Shown: piece after piece, positions 1-11,400 of the stretch
How the letters are laid out: the number at the start of each line of letters is the position of its first letter
Position numbering within the stretch: position 1 is the stretch's first letter
Source: Ascidiella aspersa
Taxonomy: Eukaryota
Assembly (NCBI GenBank): GCA_963924565.1
Contig: OZ004612.1
Coordinates: 7,998,001-8,062,000, forward strand
Direction of reading: 5' to 3'
DNA: 64,000 nucleotides
Translations under genes and position numbers: made by a program
The notes under the pieces: model-generated
What the model was told of the DNA's origin: nothing
The model's database searches: none
Seen by the model: only the letters and a program-made list of their open reading frames with translations

Positions 1-83
1 TAAAAGCCTTAATTAATAAAATGTGATTTTGCTAACGATCTCGATTATATTGACTTTGGATACTAAAAAAATATTATATGCAG

Positions 84-3000
84 ATTGATGGAAAAAGTAA
101 AACTGAAACTTTATGAACCAAATGAAATCCTGAAACCAGATTTATTGGAACGTTTTGACATCGTAAGCATATATAAATACAATTGAAAACGCTTAGCCGT
201 GTTTTCCTTATAAAAATTTTGCTTTTTAGTTTTATTTTTTAACTCTACTTGTGTTTGTTTTTGGAGAAAAGACTATTTTGTAGACAGATTTCAAGTGCAA
301 TGTATAGTACAAAAACATAACATCGCTAAACGAAACCATTCGGATGTGCAACAAAAGACACTTTGCATAACGTACAATTCTAACATGTTGTTATTCAGGA
401 TGCATCGATGACAAGAATGAATGTCGAATATTTTAAACAACTTATCGTCATGGAAAAATGGTTCGAAAAAATGATGAAAGTTGAAGTGCTATTACTGATA
501 ACAGGTATTGCGTTCAAAACCGACTTAATTAAAATAAAACATTAAACATTTGTGATAATTTGACAATTATCTAGTGGTTACATTATGTTATATTATCAAC
601 TGTGTCTTTGTGACACATATATGTCTTTAAGTAGCTTGACAAAGTAATGGACAACCTTCACAACCTTCAAATAAAGCTATACGTTAGAAAATGTTCAGCA
701 GGCAAAGGTTCTAGGGTTGGTTCTAAACTTGGCCGCGGAGCCTGCGTTGCATATTTAGTAGAAGGACGTCGGGAATAATGACCTATATTCTCACCGCAAG
801 TTACTTGTTAACATGTTTGTAAACTCCTTGATACATAGACCTGGTTTCAAATGATCTGACAATGGTTTTCCAGTGTCCGTATAGAATCAACACTATAATT
901 TTTGGTGACAAGAAACGTTTGGCGTTTTGGGGTATTTTGATTCCGCTAAATCCGAAAATAACCTTCGTGTTTCTTATTAATTGGCTCTGATTGTGAATTT
1001 TTTTTACAGTTTTACTTCTAAAAAATGCTGAAAATATGCAAATTTTGATATTGGTATTCTCTTTAACCAATGAAATATAATGTAAAAAGATTAGTCGATG
1101 TTTCTCATTTTTCTTTTGGAAGACTTTCTGGAATGTTGCTGAGCAGATTCTAAATCCATAGGTATTTCCAATTATATATACTTTTTTTGTGGCGATTGAC
1201 CCCATTTTAGGTCTACCAAACAGAAGAGCAGACCTTGATATTGCTTTTTGGTTCTCTTTTGTATAACATACCGAAGATTTTAAAGGTACTTTTGGCCCCC
1301 TTTCTCAGGATTTCTACACATGCTTTGAAGATAGTATAAGGTGCCCATAGCTTGTCCTGGTTACCAAGTTTACTTAAAATTACGCAAGATACACCTTCCT
1401 CAGTACAAATTCATTAATAGATTTTCCTTCATTTTGTTAAGCAATGCAAAAAAATGTGGCTTATCAGAACGATAAACCTACAATGACACTCCCATCACCT
1501 TGTTTATTGTCTGACGGTGCACGGTTCACCAAAAGCTGAGTGTTGAATATTCTCTCTGCCAAAATTTGAAAAATATCGATACCTTAAAAACTGCAACTAG
1601 AAGATTTTTTGTGGAATCAGTGGCCCAAAATTCCCCCAAACAGTGAAAATATCTTTAGAACTGGGAATACAATTTTATTTTATTTTTTGACCGCACTGTA
1701 ATATTTAGTCTAATGTTTCAGTTTGTTGATAAGTCCATTATAATAATTAAATATAGCTATAGTATAGCAAAACCGTAATTTGTAAATAAAATACCATGGA
1801 TTTTTGAAAAACAGTTTTGTAAAACTAATGACATATTTCAGAAGAGGAAGAAAATTGCTTGATTGGGAATTTAAAAAAATTGATTCGCTGGGTTAACAAA
1901 GATCGCAAGAAATTCACACCACAAGAAATACAAGATTTCAATCAAGAATCGCAAAGAATCGAAATGGCTTTGGTTTATGGACAAACAGAAATATCTGTAA
2001 AATGTGTAAGGTAAAAGTATTCCTTTAATCGAAAAACGTTAAAGAAGTTTCAAAAAAACATGTTTCATCAATAACCGTTATCTTTGGTCAAAAAGCAGCT
2101 TAGATCTCAGTTGTAAGCACACATATATGTGTGTACATATGTTTCATTGTATAATGATAGGATACTGGCGATCCCCTTCATTATGAAGTTGCTTTTACTA
2201 ACAGATTGAGCAAGCATTGGCGTATGGTTGTTTCTCGACTCGTTCCCTTCTGAGCCACATAGCTCAGTTGGTAGAGCGACGGTCCCGGCTTGGCCGGAGG
2301 TCGTGAGTTCGAACCTCACTGCAGGGTAGTTATTTTTCTAGTCTGCTCTGCTTGCATCATTGATCGACAGATTCGGTGAGTCTGCAATGGCTTTTCGGTG
2401 TATCGGTACTAATAATACGTAAGCCGTTATCGTTGGTCAAAAAGCAGCTTCACAAGGGCTAGATCTCAGTTGTAAGCACACATATATGTGTGTACATATG
2501 TTTCATTCATTAATAACATGACAAATTCCAAACAAGTAATTGGGTTTTGCATTTTCGAAGAGTAATTATTTGTTTCAAGCAATATGATTATTGATTATTT
2601 AATACTTCTCATAGCTAGAGAGCGAATATTATTTTATATTTCTTTAAAAAGTCAAAATTTTGTAGTAAAACTTCACACGTTTGGCCAACGGTTGTCAAAA
2701 TAATTTCAAGTCAATCAGGTACAAAAAAACCTTCAACCGTATGGTTGAGGTTGTTCTTCTGCGTATGTGTTAGCTTTGTTGCTATAAAGAGTTCATAGTT
2801 TATCCCAGGGCAACTTTTTATATAACGTCGGAATATTGCAAAGACTAAAGCTTGTCGGATATAATTTTATGGCTATCCTTAACGAAGAAAATATGTATGG
2901 TTATAAACAAAAACTGTATTGATTTGAAAATTGTTGTTTAGTTCAACATTTTTTAATGTTTAGCTTATGTATCAACTAATCTGTTTATTCAATATTTTAA

Positions 3001-5571
3001 AATAGTCACAGCCACCTGTTTTTCTTATAAGTCATTTTTGAATGGTTGTTTGTCTTTTCCGTGTGCCCAAAATATTAAATAAGCATTGTAAAGAGTTCTT
3101 TTTTTCATTTCCTCGAAAAACAACTGCTGGGTAACATTCCAAAGGTCGTTGAGCCATCAAAAATGCTCTAAACAAGTGCTTAATTGTCCCTTTAATGATC
3201 TTCGGGCATTTTACTGCCCACGCTAATATCATTTTATTTCATATTACCATATATCCAGTAGCAGTTTTGCCTCGTAATACCAACGAATAAATAAACACAA
3301 CTTTCGTTCCCAGTTCTGAATGCCGGGAAGAAATCGCACCAATGCTCGGAAAAATGCGTAATCTCATCTTCGACAAATGCTTCCCCTTTACTGCTGAAAG
3401 ACAATGTGAAGTTGTAGAATTGCAAAAGCAAATTAAAATGAAGGTGAAAATAGATTATTCAGTTTCTATTGCATAAAACCTACATATTTCTGGTTGCTCC
3501 AAAGTTTGTTGTTTTTAGTCAAATATATTTTGCCAGGTTCCCAATCTGCCTGGCCTTGGAATCACTGAGGTAGAGCGCCAATCGATCATAAAGGCGATGG
3601 ATTTCGGTCAGAAGGGCCACTGGTACAAGTGCAAGAACGGGCACGTGTATTGCATCACTGAGTGTGGAGGCGCCATGCAAACGAGCAACTGCCCTGAATG
3701 CGGGGAGGCTATAGGTAAGTGTGTTGTGACATTTCTTAGTTACTGCTTGACGGCCTGTCACTGACCGGATGCCGCACTTAAGTTAAACATTATTTATTAT
3801 CCAGTATGGCCCATTATTTATTATCCAGTATGGCCGTGCGGCGCGAAGGCCAACACTAAGCTCGAACTGTAGCTCAACGGCTAGCGCGTACGCTAGCCCG
3901 CATACTCATTTAAAACCAATACAGTATACCACACCACGCTCCAAAACCAGACTGCCCGGGTTCTTTAGTTTCAGCAACTGCTGAACATTAGAAATTGTCC
4001 TTTAGCAATAAAATAAAGGTGGAAAATAATTAGTGGTCATGCGTGAAAAACGCAAAAGTAGAAAACAAAACATACCAAGTGAGGTGAAGTGAATTAACAA
4101 AAACAAGACAAAGTTAAATAAAGCAAATGAAAATATAATTTGGTATTACAATTGTGCAATTCAACATTTTGAAATCGAATCTATAAGTTCGCGTTTTCAT
4201 TGCAACTGGAAAGTTAGTTACGTAACTATAGGTTCAGTCGGAACTTCGTTTGGACAAAAATGATGAACCGTATTTTCTGTCTTTTTTCGCTTGTGATTTG
4301 CAGTTAACTCATTTGATATTTTGTTAATATGCTCGGTCTTTTTGTATTTTCTGCAATTACGTTGTATTTCAGCTGTTTACATGACATTTTTCTAAAATAA
4401 CCAGCTTCCTGTTTTTCTTTGGCATTTTTATAGTGGTTTGTCTTTCTAAAATATCAAAAATATCAACTAAGCATTTTCATTGGTTTTGCATAAACCCGAT
4501 AAATAATTGATTTGTGTTCGAACGGTAATCAGTAAAACATCATAAACGTGTGGTTGACGACAGAGAGACACTAATGTAGTAATTCAAACGACAATGTGGT
4601 GTTTAAATCAATGTATAGGTCAAAATTTAATCAAAAACATATATTTTTAGGTTAAAAATTGTCAAAATTTTAACTATTAGGTCAAAATTTATCATTTTTT
4701 CGGTCAAAAAATAATTGCTCTTCTGATAATATTCGAAATTATTCCGTCATTGTTTAATATTATATTTGTGTTTGAATTTGAATAAAAATAAAACCTTGCT
4801 GTTCGAATGGAATATATAAGATCGTAATGAACCTCGAAGTATTTTAACCTTGAACCGGTTTGGATGTTCGTTGTTGACCATGCCGATATTTTTGTGGCCT
4901 TTAAATGACGCTTGTTGAAATTTATATTCGTGTTAGGGTCTTGCTTAACGGGTTTACATTAGGGCTTAAAATTTGTTACTTTTGTAGTATTTCAGTAATC
5001 CTTTACCCCACATACAAATAAAACTCAATGACAAACATGTGGCTAAAGAACAATAATTCACCTCTAACCCAGGGCAATAATTCACCTCTAACCCAGGGAC
5101 CTTTTCAGGCGTTGAATCTGGGCCTTTTTTTCTCAGTATTTATTTGGCAATGCGATTTGATAAGCTTTTTCTTGGCAAACAATTTCTGCTGTTCATTAAA
5201 GCCCCTTTCTAGTAACGAACATTACAGAATCCTCAGTTGAAGCGAAGGACATAAGTAAATAATACTGTATTACATTTTGTATGACTGTAGTTTTTTCAAG
5301 AGAGTTTTAACGGACCTAAGTACTTTTGTAACTGGACCTTTGCTAAAAATAGTTGAATAGCCCTGCTCTAACCCCTTAAAATGCTTAAACAATCCCGTGT
5401 TAAATGCATTGCTATCGTTTTATAAAAGTGTTGTTGTTTTTGGTCGTCTCCACAGGTGGTCAGTCTCACAGATTGGAAGATAGCAATGCGATGGCTACAG
5501 TAATGGATGGAGGAACAAGACCAGCGTATGACCCAGCCAACACTTATATTCCACCAGAGGCGTTTCTGTAG
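84..5571 (+). CDS. ZNFX1: ZNFX1-like (NFX1-type zinc finger helicase/E3 ligase), 3' part only; exons 84-162, 399-504, 1842-2010, 3314-3443, 3537-3714, 5456-5571
   Basis: GT-AG exons join in frame to ...FTPQEIQDFNQESQRI...LPGLGITEVERQSIIKAMDFGQKGHWYKCKNGHVYCITECGGAMQTSNCPECGEAIGGQSHRLEDSNAMATVMDGGTRPAYDPANTYIPPEAFL*. This is an RZ-type zinc finger at the extreme C-terminus, as in ZNFX1; in RNF213 the RZ finger is internal. The 5' part lies outside the window. Confidence 0.9.
891..1698 (-). mobile_element. Degenerate, internally deleted Chapaev3-like (CMC superfamily) DNA transposon in a ZNFX1 intron
   Basis: Minus strand reads, with stops and frameshifts, KLGNQDKLWAPYTIFKACVEILRK...REPKSN...C.FCLVDLK...WKY.DLESA, resembling the Chapaev3 N-terminal zinc-finger region (KLGDQDKSWAPH..C..C...WREP..H..DCYFC). 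Inverted subterminal motifs ttggggtattttgattccgctaaatccg (~927-954) and ggaatcagtggcccaaaattcccccaaa (~1613-1640). Boundaries approximate. Confidence 0.7.
2253..2511 (+). mobile_element. tRNA-derived SINE, with a second copy of its 3' tail upstream at ~2072-2148
   Basis: Pol III A box TAGCTCAGTTGG (2260-2271) and B box GTTCGAACC (2307-2315). No pairing acceptor stem. Body ends in a ttcattcatt tail; 2421-2507 nearly repeats 2072-2148. Confidence 0.7.
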
Positions 5572-8438
5572 AGAATGAAAATATGTTTTAATGAGACGAT
5601 TTTGCTTGCTCAATCAAAATTTATTTTTTTATGTAGCGTTAACTGCTTTTACGAGTTGTTTTACAAAAATAAATACTCTTTAAAAACTTCCCAAAGCAAA
5701 CGATTTCAAATGGGATCATAAAATATTGGCGTATTGCGATTTTGTGGCAGTTAAACACCATGGGCCAAATTCACGGTACTAACTTAAAGATATCCTAATC
5801 AAAATAGCCTTTGGGAAATTATTTTAATCTCCAGCTTTTGTACGCCATAGAAGTGTTCTTCAGTGTGAAGACACCAAACACTCGTACGATATATCTTTCT
5901 TGTATAGTCGGATTAAAATCGAAATGGGGTTTGTGCCATTTTGGTGGGAAACATATTTATAACGTTTTGTTTTGAAATGCATCTTATTTATACCCGCGGC
6001 GTATTTGATAGGAAACGTATTTATAACGTGTTGTGTTGAAATATATCTTGTTCATACCCGCGACGTATAAAAATAAATTGTATAGTGTAGACTGTACAGT
6101 ATGTCTGTTGTACCCTTTTAAAGCTGTATATAAAAAGCTAGTAGCGCTTATTTGTGTATTGAAACCGATTAATAGCTTTATAACGCATTTGACCATATTA
6201 CAAACCTCAAGTCCAACTCTGATTCCGTCCAGTCCTTGGCTCCTACTCTCCAGCCTGTATTCCAAAGCCTGGAGTGCCTGTTGTCGAACTTAACCATAAT
6301 TAACCTCTAAATTCTAAAATAATTAAGTATATTGAAAACAGTATAAGCCAAATGCGCCCAAATGTAACCAAAAATACAAAATATTCTAGTTTCAGTTTCC
6401 AAACTACCAATATAGAAAGAGTTGCGACACGTTGGCGACACATGAAATATCGCCTAGACATCTATAGTGTTTAGAAGTCTTCTTGGCAACACAGTCAATA
6501 AATTTGGACCTATCTGCTTGCACAAAATAACGTAAAATTTAGGTACAAAATCAACCTTAATATGCCTATATCAATGAGAAAATTTGTCTAGTATTCTCTA
6601 AAAGCAGGATAAATAATATCTTTGTCTATAGCTAGTGTTGCAAACCTATAGGAATTTTAAATATAGGTGTTTTACTTCCTGATACACTTGTTTGAATTAA
6701 GTTTGCATTGCTACCATTTTAAGACGTCGGGTTTTTATTTATAGTCACGGGCCAAAACCAACCTCAGAAGGTCTCTGCGGGCCGTAATAAATTTTAACTG
6801 GCAATTATGCGTTCAGATACAATTAGCTGCCGAATCTTTCAATGTTAAAAATTTCATTCTAGACTTCTAGAGGGTAAGCATTACGCCTTTAAGCTGAAAA
6901 TTTTTCGCATTTAGGCCTACCTATATTTGAAATAGTTAAAAAATAGGAAAAAGGGCCTCTTACCCATTTTGTGAAACGGTGTCGGGTAGGATTTGGCCAA
7001 CCGTCCGTAGGTTGCCCATTCCTGATTTGAGGAGTTACGTTACTCAGTTTCCACGGCGATGTGCGACAAATTAATGATTAACGTTTTGCGCGCTTATGTC
7101 AACAAGTTTTACATTGTTCAAGAGGCCTTTAGGAAAAGCAAGCGCCATTCGCACAACATGAATGTTGCTGGTCCTTCTGTTAGCGGTGGCATTACTTTTA
7201 ACAAAGAATCAGCCTCGGTACAGTTAGTACGTGGCGAAGTGCTGCATATCATAGGTCCTTAAACTGTGCGTCGTTTTATTTTTTCTAAGACGTCTCGCTA
7301 TGCGTCCGTTTCGCATCCAAACTAGTGCATCCAGATGCTATCGTTCGCCGAGGTGTGTAGCTGGTCTCACTTTTACAAAACTATATTATTATGTTTTAAC
7401 AATCACATTACTCAATTTTAATGTACTTCGGCGTGCTATATGCAACAAGATATTGGCCAGAAAAATCATGAAACCCATTAAGCTTAGAGGTCAATTAAGA
7501 TTATTTTAGAACTTTCGCAACTAGTGAAAAAATCCACAGTTTTTTGTTTTGAAAGTTGAATGGTCTACGTACAATAAATTAAAACAGTTTGCGTTTTGCT
7601 TGTTATTTCTTGTGTGTTTTTTTATAAACAAATAAACTAAAAACTAGGAAAAAAAATCAATAACCTTTTTCAAAGGAGTCGAGAGAAAATGTTTGGAACA
7701 ACTGGCGTATATTATGACTTCAGACGAAAGGGCAGATGACTGACTGCCAGATAGTCCAAACCAAACGAACAGAGAAACTAACATTTCCATTCAGTTTATA
7801 ACATTCCGCTTATTATTTATAGTAATACAAAGTAAGAAATAAGGTCCTGTACGTTTACGACAGCCCGATCTCTGTTGTAAGTCAGACTAAATCTCGGACT
7901 AATAGATCATCAAATCACCAGGTAATTTTCTGCTTAATTTTACATTGACATATTGTAAAAAGCTGTTCGTCAACACATATGAAAAAAGCAACAAGAGGAA
8001 AAAGAAATGGCTGATTAGGTAACGTTATCTAATGTGCCTTGCATTAAAAATTTATACGCTTTGGAAAATTAATTTTAGTATTTTGAATAAATTTACATAT
8101 CATTAACGTCTGATTTTAACTTTTTTTAACATTTTTAATTATAATGTTTTATTTTCGAACTTGAAGTTTGTTTTGAAACATTATATATATATTTTTTTTT
8201 TGTTATCTTTTAGGAAAAAAACTCACCATAATTTTTTTAAAGTCCATCACAGACAACCTACCTCCAACTAGGGAGCAGGTGCCAATAATGGCTTAAAACC
8301 CTATGTGACTGGGTATCCGCGAGAAATTGCAGAGATAAGCATCATAATTAGCTGCTCACATTTACATAGGGGCTCATTGTCAAAACTGTTATGGTAAATT
8401 CAAGCAAGCAAACAGTTGTTTATGTCTTCCCGTGCTTC

Positions 8439-11400
8439 TTACAATCCTAGCTTTCTCATCTTGACGTAAATCCCGTCCCTACTCTGCAAAACCACTCTTG
8501 GTTGAAGCACGGGAGTAGGCGTCTCCTCGTCCAGATACAGCTCGTATCTTCTCAGCGTTTGCGCCAAGCATATTCTCATCTCGTTCATGGCGAAGTTTTG
8601 TCCAATGCAGTTCCTGCAAAAGCGACTTTTCAGCTCTGGGAATGGCGAGCAAGTATTACCACGGGCTAACGATTGCTTGGAAATCCCTTATAGGCCAATT
8701 GATTTGGCCAGGATTTAGAACTGTTCGTCATAATTAATTAGATTCTACATTAACCATGTATGGAAGCTGTAACCAGGGCTGCGGAGTCGAAGTCGGACTC
8801 GGGACTCTACGGAGTCGGTTTGTTTTGCTGGAGTCGAACTCAGGACTCGAGTAAGACCACGTAAAACTATCAGAGTCCCGAGTCCGGCGTGCGCATGCAC
8901 AGTACCAAATGTTAAAACTCATCCCTGCTGCCAACTGTAAATTGCCAAAGCGGAATAGCATATGGTACATATTATTCTCCAAGCATGTCTTGTGGTTGAA
9001 TGAGTTATGACACCCCTATAATTGGATGGCTGAAAATCAACCTTAATCTAGTTACATAAATTGATGAAATACAGGCTGTATACGTATAGTTGTAGCCGGA
9101 CTCGAGTCTCACATTTAGTCCGACTCGGTACTCGGAAGTTGGACTCGGGTAATTTTGAACCGACTCCGCATCCCCGGTTGTAAAATACACGAGCACAATT
9201 CTAAAGGTGAAAATAGTTTCAGGTATTCTAAATAAGGTATTTTTTTGTTCAAAAAAATAGTATGCATAACAAATAAGTCATTTACCACTTTGACAAAAGC
9301 CAGTCGGAAACTCGGTGTTATTTTTGTTTTTACAGCTAATGCGTTAAACAAAAAATATAATGTCTTGCTAGATGGTACCTTGAACCAGCTGAAAATGGCA
9401 AATAAGCGTGAGGGGGTCTTTTGGCGATGTTGTCTTTGGTGAATCTTTCTGGATCAAAGACCTAAATAAAAGCTTATTCTGAAGAATAAGAAAGGCTAAC
9501 ATTTCCTTTTGATATGACAGAGAATGGCTGGAATTTGTATGTGCGGGCTACTTGCATACAGCGGTATTCGCTTGTTTGCGAATTTGTTAAACATGACGTT
9601 TAAATGTTACATACCTGATTTGATTTATATTCGTTTCTGTGCAACATTATACCTTCCTATTAAGAATGTATTTATAGTAGTTTTTGTTAAATGTAGCTGT
9701 AAAATCTACATGATAATTATAAAATTTAAATTATTTATGTATTTATAATGTACAATACAATAGAACATTATTTTCACTTCCCTCTTTTTTAAAACGAGCG
9801 CTAACAATAAGACAATTTAAAACTAATCATTCGCAATTTAAGGCAATCCATGGTCGCTAGAGGCGACATCACAGGACAATTTACCGTAGGATTTTCCCAC
9901 TCCAATTCATTTCTGTGAAGACTGAAAATGTGCACGGATACAGCGTTTCCTTTGGCAACAATCGACTCATAAGCTTTGTTAAACCTGCTTCTCAGAGTCA
10001 ATGGTTCCTCCAATTCCCTGCCGATGGTGACTACAGGCGGACAGAGTCTCATACTTTCTTTGATAAACTTTGTAAGCTCCGGAAGCGGTTGATTTCTGCA
10101 AGGGAAGCAAGGTATCCAGTGTTAAGTCAATGACTTGACTAAAAGTGCACTTAAGTCACAGTTTTCAAATGGCTTAACTTGACTTAAGTCGCTTTGGTAA
10201 AATAACTTGACTTGACTTAAGTGTTTTTGAACAAACGACTTGACTTGGACTTAAGTTATTGAGTTAAATAAATTGTTTTGAAATTAAGTGTTAACATTTG
10301 GTTATAAAATTAACTTATTTATCTCAATTGTTGCAAGTGAAACGATCAGGTTGCCACATGTTGTTTAATCTTATTTTTGAGTTGACTTTTGCTCTTAATC
10401 GTTCGAGTTTGCCAGTTTTAAAGTTGATCTTTTTATTCAAATATTAGTGATTTGATTTAAAGATGACTTGCTCTAATAATGACTTGACTGGGACCTGACA
10501 AGATTTAGGTCATTTAAAAATGACTTGTTTACAACACTGATAGCACCCGAGCTAGACAATAGTACAAACAGTTTATTTTACATTTTTCGAAAACCTACAT
10601 TTCGATAGTTTCCTTATCCCCAATAATAGTTCTTATTTCTTCTCTGCACTTTTCCTGAAGCTGGGGATACTTGGCCAGATGGTAGAAAGCCCAAGAGATA
10701 CCTCCAAAAAATATTAAACCATAAATTCTATAGGGAAAACCTCCTCAAGTATTGGGAGAGAAAAAAATGAGATATACTATAACAATTCACCACATAAAAA
10801 CTAACAAATAATTTTGTTAAAAACTAAAACAGTTGAACAATATTGTAGCAATTCTGTATAGAGAGGTAAGTGAAAGTTGCTAAAGTTATATTATATTGAC
10901 CAACAAAAATGTTGTGCTAAGCACTAAGGTTGGTGCAAATTTAAAAGGTTTATTGTTTTTGGAAAGGGGTTCTTAAGTTTACCGCTTGCAGTAGTATCAT
11001 GTCCCTCGAAGAGAAACGTGTCGACTTCGTCTCTTATCTCGCTATCACTTAAACCTTTGCCGTCTTCGTCCTGAAAGAAAAAGTGTGTTTTGAAACTTAT
11101 GATAGACAGGTGCAGGTCATACTTTGCAATGAATAAAAAAAATATTTGTTTTATAAACCTAAAATAAACTTTACTGGAACAACACAGACTAGTTCCTTAC
11201 AGCATTCAACTGATAGTAATATGCACTTATACAGCTATTTCCTATTTATTCTTAGTTACATTTTCTCATTTATCCATAAGTCGCAACAACAAAACCGTTC
11301 AGATATCAATTGTAAGTTCTTCATTAATGTTGCCCTTTACAATCTATTTTTTTACGATTGTGTGCATAGAGGTTTGGAGACAACAAAGGCTAATGGAGTT

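Noticed and set aside
801-1205. 134-aa ORF as a gene
   Set aside because: Lies in a ZNFX1 intron, overlaps a decayed transposon off-frame, and has no recognisable domain.
2253-2326. Functional tRNA gene
   Set aside because: A and B boxes are present, but the acceptor stem does not pair and it runs into a SINE-like body and tail.
2660-2900. Extra ZNFX1 exons
   Set aside because: Exon 1842-2010 joins 3314-3443 in phase, and these segments show no ZNFX1-like sequence.
5050-5097. Short direct repeats (also 3788-3835 and 5947-6070)
   Set aside because: Two-copy local duplications with no spacer structure; ordinary slippage.
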